From Eledone cirrhosa (lineage: Eukaryota), in contig CAXHJY010001201.1 in NCBI GenBank assembly GCA_964016885.1, positions 1-31,239 on the forward strand: a stretch of 31,239 nt of DNA, read 5' to 3'. Below the pieces are notes generated by a model. The model was given only the letters and a program-made list of their open reading frames with translations. It was not told the origin of the DNA and made no database searches. Positions within the stretch are counted from its first letter, which is position 1. Every line of letters starts with the position of its first letter. Both the position numbers and the translations under genes were made by a program. This document shows positions 1 through 12,528 of the stretch, piece by piece.

Positions 1-262
1 TATATATATATACTTGCATATAGTTATATATATATATACTTGTATATAGTTATATATATATATACTTGTATATAGTTATATATATATATACTTGTATATA
101 GTTATATATATATATACTTGTATATAGTTATATATATATATACTTGTATATAGTTATATATATATATACTTGTATATAGTTATATATATATATACTTGTA
201 TATAGTTATATATATATATACTTGTATATAGTTATATATATATACTTGTTTATAGTTATATA
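1..262. repeat. Minisatellite (TA)n-CTTGTATATAGT, ~24-26 bp unit, ~10 copies
   Basis: CTTGTATATAGTTA recurs, separated by variable TA runs. Confidence 0.9.
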
Positions 263-309
263 TAATTGAGTATAAATGTATATAATTGTATATAGGTGAA
301 TATAGTTAT

Positions 310-340
<31 letters not shown>

Positions 341-606
341 CTTGTACTCAATGATATTAAATAAATGAAAACTATATTTATAAAACCATATTTATTCTAT
401 TATATATATTTCAAGGGTATCAAAATTTTGGTACGCTATCATCAGATAAAATACGAAGTGTGTTTTATAAATTTTGACATAACCAATGGTTCAAGTTTTT
501 CTTGGATCTATTTAATATCATTGAATATTATACTCCAGAAAACTGTCGAGTTCTCTGAATCAGTTATAAACATTTAGATTTGTTGAATGACCCACAAATT
601 GAATAT
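341..606. mobile_element. PLE-like HHR element, family B, internally inverted (5' part on -, 3' tail on +)
   Basis: 341-490 is the reverse complement of the family B head (cf. 12735-12880). 505-606 matches the family B tail (ACTCC...GAGT...ATCAGTTATAAA...TTTGAATA, cf. 12865-12955). Confidence 0.75.
393..453 (-). ncRNA. Type I hammerhead ribozyme (family B variant)
   Basis: Minus strand: tattttat CTGATGA tagcgtaccaaaattttgataccctt GAAA tatata TA|atagaata. Stems I and II pair; stem III is minimal and palindromic. Confidence 0.75.
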
Positions 607-689
607 CCCTTCTGCTTATATATACTTGTATATAGTTATATATAGTTATATATAGTTGAGTATAACAGTATATATAGAGTTCAGCATGG

Positions 690-810
690 CTTTATAATTA
701 TATATAGGTGAATACAACTTTATATATAATTATATATAGGTGTATACAACTTTATATATAATTATATATAGGTGTATACAACTTTGTATATAATTATATA
801 TAGGTGAACA
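690..810. repeat. 32-bp tandem repeat x4
   Basis: GGTG anchor at 707, 739, 771, 803. Confidence 0.85.
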
Positions 811-1026
811 CAGTACGTCAATACAGATGAATCACATTCTTGATTAATTTCAAAATTATTTCAAAATCATAGACAGTCTTTAGTTAAAAATATGGTAACG
901 AAAGGTTTAAAGTGTTTATTTTTATCTAAAATCCTTGCCATTATAATTTTATCTAAGAACCTTCGCTTCGTTATCTCTCTAACACTAGCTTCTTAACTTA
1001 TACTCCAAACAATAGCTAAATAATCG

Positions 1027-1190
1027 TTTCTTATTTAGGCACAAGGCAAGCAATGTTTGGGGGGAGGGGAATATCGATTAAATCGACCCCAGTGCGTGAC
1101 TGGTACTTTAGTCTATCGACTCCATAATTATGAAAGGCAAATTTAACCTCGACAGGATTTGAACTCAGATCATAAAGGGCCGTAACTCTA
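1027..1190 (-). mobile_element. tRNA-derived SINE fragment (family S1)
   Basis: Minus strand has B-box-like GAGTTCAAATCC, then GAGGTTAAATTTGCCTTTCAT...GTCGAT...AAAGTACCAGT...TTGTGCC. Homologous to 15503-15668. Confidence 0.8.
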
Positions 1191-1263
1191 TGCTGGCAAC
1201 AGCTTAATAATGAAAAGGTTAGTTATATATGACTAAATCCTTTCAAATTCTTAATTATTTTCA

Positions 1264-1375
1264 AAGTTCTTTCTTTACTCTGTCCGCTGGGGCCGCGGGG
1301 TGGTTAGCGCGTGGGTCTCCATTTGCTTATAATAGTGATAAATTGGGAGAGCGAAAGAGGTGGGGGAAGTGACTT
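1264..1375 (+). mobile_element. Degraded CRE-clade non-LTR retrotransposon 3' fragment
   Basis: Aligns by eye to the reverse complement of 1918-2030 (TCTGTCCGCYGGGGC...CCATTTGCT...GCGARAGAG). Confidence 0.6.
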
Positions 1376-1470
1376 TCACAGTTATTTGAAAATCATAGGT
1401 AGTGTCTTGTATGAGTAAGACTTAGAATGTGTATATTGATCTAAAAACCTTCCGTCATAAATATAGTAAT

Positions 1471-1724
1471 TTATCTAAGGCGGGTAAAATTCCCGAGATC
1501 CATGGACGAGTTCTCTCCAGCGGTCTCTGTCCCCCATTATCGCTGCCATATCCTGCATCTCCAACAGACCAGTGTCTGTCCTTAGAGCATCAACATATGT
1601 TAACCTTGGTCTTCCTCTTCCAGTGTGTCCATGTAGGGGCTCCCAAAGGAGCACTGAGTGCAATGTCAACTCTGGATGTCGGTGAGCATGTCCAGCCAAC
1701 CTCAGTCTCCTCTGTGTCACTTTT
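1471..1724 (-). mobile_element. RTE-clade LINE, 5'-truncated 3' end
   Basis: Encodes RRLRLAGHAHRH...GRGRPRLTYVD...DRDRWRELV, a typical RTE ORF C-terminus. GTAAT flanks both sides (1466-1470, 1725-1729) as a candidate TSD. Confidence 0.85.
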
Positions 1725-1834
1725 GTAATGAAAGACTTAAAATGTTTATATTCATCTAAAACCCGGTCATCTTAAATGTAGTAACGAAAGACTTAACATG
1801 TTTATATTAATCTAAAAATCTGTCATCATAAATT

Positions 1835-2094
1835 CAAGAGTATACACAATTTTCTATATAGATGATGAACACAACCACAAGGATATGGTCTGAGCATGGA
1901 AGAGCCGAACTCCCACCGTCATCGCCGCCATCTCTCTCGCCCTCCCCATCTATCTGTATGGTGAGCAAATGGGATTCCACGTGATGGCCTCCCCACAGCC
2001 CCGGCGGACAGAATGGAGAAGGCATTTCCCCGGAGAATGGTAAGGGAGATGCGATGGAACAGCCATTCCATCTTGCGAGGCTCACACCCGCGGC
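1835..2094 (-). mobile_element. CRE-clade non-LTR retrotransposon 3' end
   Basis: A minus frame absent from the ORF track (2092..1919) reads EPRKMEWLFHRISLTILRGNAFSIL, matching the CRE C-terminal motif FQRxSxxxxRGNA. Confidence 0.75.
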
Positions 2095-2339
2095 TATAGT
2101 AACGAAATACGTAAAATGCTTATATTTATCTATATAACTGTATTAGACTTTGGTGTTTCCCCCAAATTTTCTGAACTAGAAAGGGTTCCACGTTTGAAAA
2201 GGTTTTGGAAACCCTCTTTTCCTCTTCAGAATAAGTGAATATAGTCGCATTTAGTGTGTGTTTATGCAGGTTTAGCTAGCCTCCTCCAAGGTATATCTCG
2301 TTGGAGGTGTCTTGGGTGACTTAATGACAGGGACCCCAG

Positions 2340-2489
2340 TCCTATCATCTCATTTCTACAGCTGAGTAAACTGGAGCAACGTGAAATAAAGTGTCTTGCT
2401 GAAGGAAACAACACATCACCCGGTCAGAGAATTGAACTCACAACTTTTCGATTGCAAGCCCAATGCTCTAACCACTAAGTCATGCGCCT
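2340..2489 (-). mobile_element. tRNA-derived SINE (family S2), 5' part
   Basis: Minus: A-box TGACTTAGTGG, B-box GAGTTCAATTC, then CCTTCAGCAAGACACTTTATTTCACGTTGCTCCAG. Paralogues at 14963 and 16460. Confidence 0.85.
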
Positions 2490-3048
2490 TTACCTAGTAA
2501 CTGAACGTAAATCACAAGATTCATTTTGACGGCTATTTACCACAGGTTCTACCACTGTTCTTAATCAAGACTACACGAAAATTAATTATTGTTTAAATTT
2601 TCTACAGCACCTCCATCACCCTAACCCTAATAATACAAAACGAAAACCCTTACAAGTTAATTGTTACAATAAAACGGTTTTGATGTTCTTTTCTTGCGAA
2701 GCAAAAGAAAAATTGCTTCACTAATCTAGAATTGAAGATATGGAATACTTGTGTGTTCCGAATAAGTGTATTTATCGTTGTTATAATAGCATTTCTTGTC
2801 TCCATCGTCTCCAGTATGAATGGCAGCATTTTTCATGGCATATTAACCTATTCTACGAATCATTCACATCTGTGCACCTGGATGCACACGCCTGTTATAT
2901 GATTTTTGTGTGTTTGCCAACGGTTCGTATTTCGTCTTGAGGCCTCTCAAAAATAAACCAGAAGTGATTCCACAACTTTTAAGCGGTGTAAAATATGTTT
3001 TCATTGTGTGTGTCTTTACAACAAACGAGGCACTTTTCAAACGAAAGC

Positions 3049-3570
<522 letters not shown>

Positions 3571-3744
3571 TAACTATTTATCCGTCGTTATATTTCTCCT
3601 TTTATTTCCTATCTATCTATCTACTTATCCATATATCTATCTATCTATCTATCTATCTATCTACACATCTCCATCCCTTCCTCTTGTTGAATAAATAACT
3701 TAAAAGCTAGGCGTAAGTACGTATGTTCCAGAACGAAAATAGAT

Positions 3745-3814
<70 letters not shown>

Positions 3815-4081
3815 ATCCTTAGTGTTTTCCTTCCAAGTAATCAGAATCAGAAACTCACTGGATATCCAAGCTTCGTCGTCATTTTTTTTCTGCTTGATAT
3901 TCCCGTTGTTTTTTATTTTTAATCAGTGAAGCATATCTGCTGATATCTTTCGCTTTTTATTTGTATCTTATCTTCTCATACTTTATAGTATTATACATTA
4001 ATATATATTTATTATATTATATTGTGTTATATGTTTATTATTACTGTTTATTATATATATATATATATATATGTGCGTGTG

Positions 4082-4123
<42 letters not shown>

Positions 4124-4210
4124 GATATAAATATATATATATATATATATGTGTGTGTGCGGATATAAATATATATATATATATATGTGTGTGTGTGCGG
4201 ATATAAATAA

Positions 4211-4333
<123 letters not shown>

Positions 4334-4799
4334 TTTATTATTTTATTTATTTTATCTATTAAGTTATTTATTTATCACTTTTCTCTCTTCATTAAACATG
4401 ACAAACCATATCCGATATACATCGCTATCTTTCACCCTTTTCCTATGACGTCCACCATCTTTCTGCACCGTCTTCGCTCTTAACGTTGTCTTCTTGTTCG
4501 TATTCATAGCCGACGCCATCTTTTAAATACGTTCTACTTTTATTTTCTCCTTCTTCCCCCATTTCTTTCCTTGTTCAAAGCCGTTCTTTCTAACGCACAT
4601 CGCTATTTTACTCTCCCTCTATCCATCCATCCATCCATCTATCTATTTATCTATCTATCTAACTATTTATCTATCATTTTATCAACCTCGTTTACCAAAC
4701 AGTACTCACAAAGGAATAAGTCAATCTAAAGTTATGGCAGGTAAAGACAGCTATCCAAGATCTGACTTCTTTCTCTCTCTCTCTCTCTTTATATATATA

Positions 4800-4940
4800 T
4801 CTATCTATCTAAGGCGGGTAAAATTCCCGAGATCCATGGACGAGTTCTCTCCAGCGGTCTCTGTCCCTCATTATCGCTGCCATATCCTGCATCTCCAACA
4901 GACCAGTGTCTGTCCTTAGGGCATCAACATATGTTAACCT
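4800..4940 (-). mobile_element. RTE-clade LINE, short 3' end (same family as 1471-1724)
   Basis: Near-identical to 1474-1607; ends in TAGA/TA repeats on the minus strand. Confidence 0.85.
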
Positions 4941-5094
4941 TATATATTTATATATATATATATATATATAAATGAATAAATATATATATATATATACACA
5001 CACACTCTGCAAATTACGGTCACCTTAAACCTGGAACACAACCCACAATTTGGCCAGCGTCGTTGCTAATAACCACAAGTTACTCACCTAACCT

Positions 5095-5142
<48 letters not shown>

Positions 5143-5146
<4 letters not shown>

Positions 5147-5327
5147 CGAAGGAGGTGTGGTAAGGAACCAGATGGACCATAACGCACCAGAGTACTCCAT
5201 ACTTAGGGTAGTAGAGTGGGTTATAGGAAAATGTTTGACCCCGACGGCCGGCATAGCTCAGACGGCAGAGCGTCCAGAAATACCCCGTCGAAACGGCTTG
5301 AGCTCTGCCGCTGGGGTCAAACATTTT

Positions 5328-5333
<6 letters not shown>
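5143..5333. mobile_element. Family A fold-back element with HHR 3' half
   Basis: Inverted arms TATAGGAAAATGTTTGACCCC / GGGGTCAAACATTTTCCTATA; GAAACGGC-TTGAGCTCT-GCCG at 5290; tail on the minus strand; (TA)n both sides. Confidence 0.8.
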
Positions 5334-5382
<49 letters not shown>

Positions 5383-5464
5383 CGTTTCTGAATTTGTTTA
5401 GCAAGATTCTTTATTGGCAACATGACCCTCCCAAAGTATAACAATATATAAATATATATATATA

Positions 5465-5525
5465 TAAGATTTAATACAGAAATGGCTCCTACAGGACTTT
5501 CATTAGAAGGAAATCACCAGGAAAG

Positions 5526-5581
<56 letters not shown>

Positions 5582-5642
5582 ATTTAATACAGAAATGGCT
5601 CCTACAGGACTTTCATTAGAAGGAAATCACCAGGAAAGGTTA
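5465..5642 (-). mobile_element. Two tandem decayed family D HHR fragments separated by (TA)n
   Basis: Near-identical ~63-bp copies. Minus: CTGGTGA...GAAAgtcctgTA; homologous to 8733-8795 with one stem III arm deleted. Confidence 0.6.
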
Positions 5643-5660
5643 TATATATATATATACATA

Positions 5661-5738
5661 TATTAAAATAACGGATTAAAGTTTAAGCAAAGAATCGCTT
5701 ATCGAGCTCTCTTTGGATTTTAGTCTTCACATTTATTA
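5661..5738. mobile_element. Family E fragment with internal inversion
   Basis: 5661-5699 is the reverse complement of 8349-8387; 5698-5738 is a direct match to 8431-8471. Confidence 0.75.
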
Positions 5739-5801
5739 TGATTACTGTATGTATGTATGTATGTATGTATGTATGTATGTATGTATGTATGTATGTATGT
5801 A

Positions 5802-5839
<38 letters not shown>

Positions 5840-6389
5840 TCTTTCATTCCTTTTTCTTTCGATTGTTTTACTTTCTTCTCATTCATTCTCTTTCTCTCCC
5901 ACACACTCCTCTCTCTCTGTCTATATATATATACATATGTATATATACTCCTTTCTTTCTTTCAATCCCTCCCTCGTCTGTTGTCATACTTCTTGCCATT
6001 CTTTTCACGATCGTCTTCTCTAACCACCATCCCATCACCCTCTCCTCTTCATTTCTACAATGTCTTTCTTCCTATCTTACTGTCTTCTTCTCCTCCTCCC
6101 TTCCTCACTCACTCACTCGCTCACTCTCCACCTTATTTTTTAGCCCTTTCTTTTACCCCCTTCGCTCTTTCTTCTTCTATTTAGCCGCCTACACCTACCA
6201 CACCTCACCGTTTGTCAACGTCATTCATTCACTTTAGTCCTCCACCACTTTCAATTCATAATACAACCCCTATCGTCTGCCGGCTTCCATTCTACTATTT
6301 ACAACGCTCCAATTGGTTTCAAGCAGACGACACTGAAGAGAAACTCAATCAAATGAAGCTAACACAATATCGTTCAGACCACTTAACAC

Positions 6390-6397
6390 AACAACAC

Positions 6398-6428
<31 letters not shown>

Positions 6429-6890
6429 AACAACAGCAAGAGGAGCAGCAGCAATAACGACAGCAACTACATCAACAACAGCAATAACAGCAGCATCAAC
6501 AACAGCAGCATCAACAACTACCACTGCTTACAACAACAACAATGCCAAGAATAACAACAAAAATGCCATCACTACGAACAACAACACCAGTGCCAACAAC
6601 AACAACAACAAATCTCAGCAACCTACATCTGCAACAACAGCAACAACAACAACAACAACAGCACCACTGACAATAACAACAACAATGCCAAAAATAACAG
6701 CAACAACATCATCACTACCAAAAACATTCACCAGTGCCAACAACATCACTAACAACAACAACAGAAGCAACATCACTAACAATAATAACAGCAATGCCAG
6801 CAGCAACAACGATACGAAGTATTAAAGACAACAACGATACGAAGTATTAACGACAACAACAACACCCCTAACAATAAAATAACAACAACC
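6390..6890. repeat. Degenerate (CAA/CAG)n trinucleotide repeat
   Basis: Read directly. Confidence 0.9.
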
Positions 6891-7079
6891 TACATGGTGA
6901 CGATTGATGCAATAATCACGATTGTCTTGTGGTTGTTTGATGATTTGTTAAGCAAACTCTGAGTTATGGCACTTTTCTTTTATTTTCATGTATTCCTACT
7001 GCATATTCTCACACACACACACACACACACACAACACGCACACACCACACACAGATATATGTATATGTATATATATATA

Positions 7080-7197
7080 TGTAAAAGGTAAACAGAAATA
7101 ACAGCACAATCGGTACAGTATATGGAAGGAATATATTAGATTAACGTTTGAAATAGCAGGAAGAGGGTCTTAACATTTCTGATGTTTGTACTTCATA
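7080..7197 (-). mobile_element. Family F element, 5'-truncated within the HHR
   Basis: Reverse complement of 8187-8302; retains GAAATGTT|aagaccc but no CTGANGA. Confidence 0.75.
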
Positions 7198-7221
7198 AGG
7201 AGAAAGAATGAAAAATTAACT

Positions 7222-7276
<55 letters not shown>

Positions 7277-7316
7277 AGAGAGAAGTCAGATTTGCAGCTT
7301 GTTATGAAACTTTACT

Positions 7317-7404
7317 GTATATTACAACTGTTTCGATATCGATCAGCTCGGGTTTGATCAGGCGATCGGCTCCCGATTCTTACTCGACACCTCCTCGGAT
7401 ATAC
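7317..7404 (-). ncRNA. Type I hammerhead ribozyme, U4C core variant with long stem II (family G)
   Basis: Minus: gtatat CCGAGGA ggtgtcga...tcgatatc GAAA cagttg TA|atatac. 6-bp stem I; 8-bp stem II base plus an inner tcggg/cccga helix. Confidence 0.65.
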
Positions 7405-7445
7405 GAGTTGACATGGGTGGTCCGATCCAAATAACACACACACAC

Positions 7446-7487
<42 letters not shown>

Positions 7488-7614
7488 CAAACAGTGTATA
7501 ATCGATAAAGACCTCAACATGAGACCTCGCTTTGTTTTTGATGTATATACCCCACCTTAGCATAGAGTGTTAATTTTGGTAACAACACCAGTAAACCAAG
7601 AATCTACTGAACCA

Positions 7615-7664
<50 letters not shown>

Positions 7665-8172
7665 GTGGTCCTTCATCAGTGATCTTCCAACCATCACAGG
7701 TATTTCTCCGCTTTAAAGACCATATACCTCCGGTTGGTGCGAGCAACGGCTAAAAAAGTCGTTGGGACACGTAAATAAAGGGGACAGCGAGAGTGTAAAC
7801 AAACAAAGAGGGTGAAGTAACGAAAAGTGAGGAAGAACGAGTCAAGTCCCAAATTTCCATGAATATAAGTTCGGTGAAATCATGAACGGGAGAGAATAAA
7901 GACCATCAAACCTGGTTGGAATGTGAGCAAGGAAGGAATTCCGTACAGGTCTAACGTGAAGAAGGGGGAGGAGGAGAGGTAGTAACAGAGAGTGAATGAG
8001 TGAAGGATGAGGAAGAGGCTAATAGAGAGAGTGACTGTTAGAGAGGGTAAAGATACAGATATATATATATATATATATATACCTTAATTTTATTATAGAA
8101 ATGACATATACATACATACACACACAGATTCTACCTCACCCGTCCTCTCAATCTATCACATTTCACATTCTT

Positions 8173-8215
8173 TCTTCTGATGAATGATGAAGAACTAGCG
8201 TCCGAAACGTAAAGA
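8173..8215 (+). ncRNA. Minimal type I hammerhead ribozyme (family F; element ~8165-8302)
   Basis: tctt CTGATGA atgatgaagaactagcgtcc GAAA cg TA|aaga. Palindromic ACGT replaces stem III. Confidence 0.7.
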
Positions 8216-8321
8216 CCCTCTTCTTGCTATATCAAGCGTTAACCTAATATATTCCTTCCATATACTGTACCCATTGTGTTGTTATTTCTGTTTACCTTTT
8301 ACACACACACATATATATATA

Positions 8322-8473
8322 GGATTGTTTCTGAAGATCCCGTTAAGCAGCGATTCTTTGCTTAAACTTTAATCTGTTATTTTAATAAATATTTGCTCTA
8401 CGGTTCTTATATATCTGATATATATTTGTCCTTATCGAGCCCTCTTTGGATTTTAGTCTTCAAATTTATTATT
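8322..8473 (+). mobile_element. Family E element with internally deleted HHR
   Basis: tgttt CTGAAGA tcc [GAAA missing] cgTT aagca, then AATAAA (8384) and GCTC...GAGC; TA-flanked. Confidence 0.55.
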
Positions 8474-8583
8474 ATATATATATATGTTGTATTTATAACC
8501 AATGACCACTACCCATTCCACTCCTCGCCCTATCCTACCACCTGAATAGAGCTATAAATACAACATTTATTTTTGGAAAGCCA

Positions 8584-8629
8584 GATTCCTGATGATTTCT
8601 AAAGAATGAAACAGTGCTAGTCCTGTAGA

Positions 8630-8631
<2 letters not shown>
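8584..8631 (+). ncRNA. Type I hammerhead ribozyme (family D; element ~8495-8633)
   Basis: ttc CTGATGA tttctaaagaat GAAA cag-tgctagtc-ctg TA|gaa. TATAAATA lies ~35 nt upstream. Confidence 0.7.
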
Positions 8632-8663
<32 letters not shown>

Positions 8664-8745
8664 GTTATTCCGGGTTGAATCGGAGGTAACCACAGTAAGT
8701 AAGGTACTCAATACATAGCAGAGTATAAAAGTTTTAATATAGATG

Positions 8746-8796
8746 AGATTCTACAGGACTAGAACTGTTTCATTCATTAGAAATCATCAGGAATCT
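8746..8796 (-). ncRNA. Type I hammerhead ribozyme (family D; element ~8661-8886)
   Basis: Minus: agattc CTGATGA tttctaatgaat GAAA cag-ttctagtc-ctg TA|gaatct. Perfect 6-bp stem I. Confidence 0.8.
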
Positions 8797-9412
8797 GGGT
8801 ATCAAAAAATAACTATGGTATATATAGGTCTCTACAAGTGGTAGGAGAGGGTGGACAGTGGGATGGGTGTAGGTCATTGGTTGATAGAATTCATTAAAAG
8901 CTAATTTTACAAAGCTATAGTTTATTTTTATTTTTAGAGTTATATATATATATATATATATATATATGAATGTATGTATAGTATATTTGACAATATACCG
9001 TATGTTTAATTAAAAACATTTAGAAGACCATACGCTATCAGTTTTAAAGTAGTGATTATGTCACTTCTTTCCGGTGAAAATTTGGAGACCTAGCAGGTTA
9101 ACATACCTAGAGTTTACAGATATATAGGAACAAGGTTTTCCACATTTTTGATCGGGTGGTATAAGTCTATTACATTGACCCTCAATATCTAACTGGTATT
9201 CCATTGTACCGACCACTTGGTGATGTCTTGGTGGTATTTGGTAACGTAAATATCGGTAGCTAAACACGGCAAAGTCTTTCGATCGTCGTCTTAACGATTC
9301 TCCTTCTATACGACATCGTTAAAATCCCTGCCCTCCACCCCTTTTTAAGTGCTATTTTAATAATAAACAGGTTCGGACTCTCTTTGCAATTGTTTACGGC
9401 TTTCTCTCACAC

Positions 9413-9443
<31 letters not shown>

Positions 9444-9572
9444 TATTTCACTCTCTCTCTCTCTCTGTATATATATATATATATTATTTCTCTCTCTCTC
9501 TGTGTATTTATATATATATTATTTCTCACTCTCTCTGTGTATTTATATATATATTATTTCTCTCTCTCTCTG

Positions 9573-9605
<33 letters not shown>

Positions 9606-10344
9606 TATTTTCTCTCTCTGCATTTATATATATATATATATATAGATATATATATATATATATATAATTTTATCTCTCTCTATATATCTCTATGTATGTA
9701 TGTATATATATATATTATTTTGTCTCTCCCTCACTCTCTCTCTCTCTCTCTATATATATATAATATACATATATATATATATACTATATATATATATATA
9801 TATATACATACATATATGTTATCTCTCTGATTTTCTCTCTCTTCGGTCTCTCACATCCACATTGTAATTTTATAATTTTAAGGTTTTTTTTCTTTTTTTT
9901 TAAATCTCCCAACTCTCAATCTCTCAGCAAAACAATTCTTCATAAAAGCGATCATCCTTCTATAAACTGCACTATTTATTTGAGCAATATTTTTTGCATG
10001 TGTGTGCACAAACATCTGTAAAGAGCGGCACATCTAGTTCTGTTTATTGGTATTCATCTTGGGAGAAGCTGGTAGGTGTTTTTATACCCTTTTGCCAGAA
10101 ACAACACCGCTTAAATGTCTTCTACTTTGACGGTCCCACTGTATATATTATCGCTAGGTTTTCTTTATCTTTCACTTCATTTAGAATATATAATACAAAG
10201 CAATATACACACATATTCTGTGTGAGTGTATGTGTGTGTATGTGTGTGTGTATGTGTGTGTATGTGTGAGTGCAAGTCTCTCTCTCTCTTTCTCTGTATA
10301 TATATGTATGTATATATATATATATGTATGTTTACATATGTATG

Positions 10345-10375
<31 letters not shown>

Positions 10376-10640
10376 TTGTGTGTATGTATGTATGTATATA
10401 TATATATATACATATTGTATATATATATATAGTATATATATATATATATATTGTATATATATATATATATTGTATATATATATATATTGTATATATATAT
10501 ATATTGTATATATATATATATTGTATATATATATATATTGTATATATATATATTATATATATATATATTATATGCATATAATAATAGATTCACACTTTAT
10601 TATACATAGTGAATTTTGCATTTACTCCCAAGCATACACG

Positions 10641-10731
<91 letters not shown>

Positions 10732-11869
10732 TCTCTATCTCTTGTGCATACATATACACATACTTAAATATATATTCTCATACACTCACTGTCTATCTCT
10801 CATGCATACATATACATATATCTATATCTGTATATATATATATATATATACACACATAGTCTCTCCGTCTGTCTCCCATGCATACACACACACATACACA
10901 TACATACACAACAACATACACACAAATACAATCGGACAGGATCAATTACGAGGTACGAATGTGTAACTTGTTTATAGTATCATTACGGACGGCCTAAAAT
11001 ACGCAAAGGGTTGGGTTAATAAGAGTAAAATGAAAAACAAAAGAAAGAAGAACAATATACTCCAATTCAAAACTAAATAAAAACAAAACAATATGGAGGA
11101 TAAAGAACAATGTGTCGCCATTTTGAATTGTTGGTTCGAGTCAAATAATCCTTTTGTTAAAAGGATAAATAATTATGAAAATATAAACAAAGCTACCTCG
11201 AAGATCGAGTTGAGACGCGGGTGTATTAGAATTCGTAGAATAATGAGAAAAACTCAATGTAAGAATATCGGCCAAAATAGTAAAATGCCGTCAATGAGGG
11301 CGTCGGGTAAAATCTTACCTTAAAGGATAGTATTAGAATTTATAGAATAATGGGAAAATCTCAACGTAAGGACAGCTACCAAAACAGCAAAATGCCGCCA
11401 ATAACGCCGTCGAGTAAAGACTTATCTCAAAGGACAGGAATAAACGGCTAGACGTGTGTTGACCCACAGAAATGAGATGAAGAAAATTGAGAACACGAAC
11501 ATGAACGAAAGGAAAGCACACAAACATCATATAATCCTCCTCAGCTCTTATACCGCAACGATTTAAAATTGTCAAAATAAACCTATCAACAGAGAGGCCA
11601 AACTTAAAAGCAAAGTGTGGATTGACGAAGAATTCTACTTTAAGTGTCTTTTTTATAAATACCATATGGTTTACACATGTGTGCATGTTTATGCTATGCA
11701 AATATGCAGTTATAGTCTATTGTATATTCTTGCATATAACGTGCTGAGAGAACGTTGGGGTGCAGGTGCCCGAACACCTCGCCAAATCAAGATGGAAGCA
11801 ATTTAAGTTTCGGTTCCAAACACAACAGGAACGCATTCATTTTAATTAAATACGCTAATGTAATAAATA

Positions 11870-12042
11870 TTACACGAGATTCGCGTAAACGCGAGAATTT
11901 TCGTGAACATGATGGTTTTTGTAAACAAAAGGTGGTTCTGTAAAACGCGAAGGTTTTCGTAAACGTGAGGGTTTTCGTGAATGCGAGGGTTTTTGTAATC
12001 GCGAGATTTTTGAAAGTGAAGATTTTTGAAAACGTGAGGGTC
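11870..12042. repeat. Degenerate ~18-bp tandem repeat (AACGYGAGGGTTTTCGTA-like)
   Basis: Recurrent CG(C/T)GAG(G/A)...TTTT units. Confidence 0.6.
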
Positions 12043-12189
12043 TCGGGTGGTTTTGTTATATTTCTTTCGTGTAGAATCTATGAAAATAAATATAATTTTC
12101 ATTTCAAAAGTGTTCGTTATTTCTTCATTGCTTTTATAATCATCTTTATTTTTATATTTTCTTCGTTTGCTTCAACAATAGACAGAGGG

Positions 12190-12244
<55 letters not shown>

Positions 12245-12366
12245 AGAGAGAGAGAGAGAGGGGTGGGAGGGGCAGATAAAGGAGAGGGGAGAGAAGACGT
12301 GGTGTAGAGAGAGTGAGGGAGGGAAGATAAATAGATAGATATATATATATATATGACAGTGTGGGA

Positions 12367-12412
<46 letters not shown>

Positions 12413-12417
<5 letters not shown>

Positions 12418-12528
12418 AACCAGTAAGACCCCGGGGTTTTACTGGTTCCTATCACTCACTCTACTACCCTAAGTATTGAGTACTTTGGTGCGTTATGGTC
12501 CACCTGGGTCCTTACCACATTTCCTTCG

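Larger units (their letters stand above)
1415..2135. repeat. Degenerate ~56-bp tandem repeat interrupted by two LINE insertions
   Basis: GTAAYGAAAGACTTAAAATGTTTATATTNATCTAAAA units near 1415, 1725, 1781, 2099. Confidence 0.7.

Noticed and set aside
2150-2990. hAT-like end (2190-2217) and Tc1-like end (2970-2990)
   Set aside because: No partner TIRs or TSDs found.
4440-4525. YY1-like CCATCTT motifs suggesting a promoter
   Set aside because: Short motifs only, with no associated gene.
6212-6457. Poly-Q ORF and CTGAAGAGAAAC motif
   Set aside because: The poly-Q comes from the CAA repeat; the motif has no stems.
7740-7960. Possible PLE GIY-YIG C-terminal coding relic (minus)
   Set aside because: No convincing motif without several frameshifts.
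9061-9330. 68-aa ORF or degenerate hammerhead
   Set aside because: No recognisable domain and no CTGANGA core.
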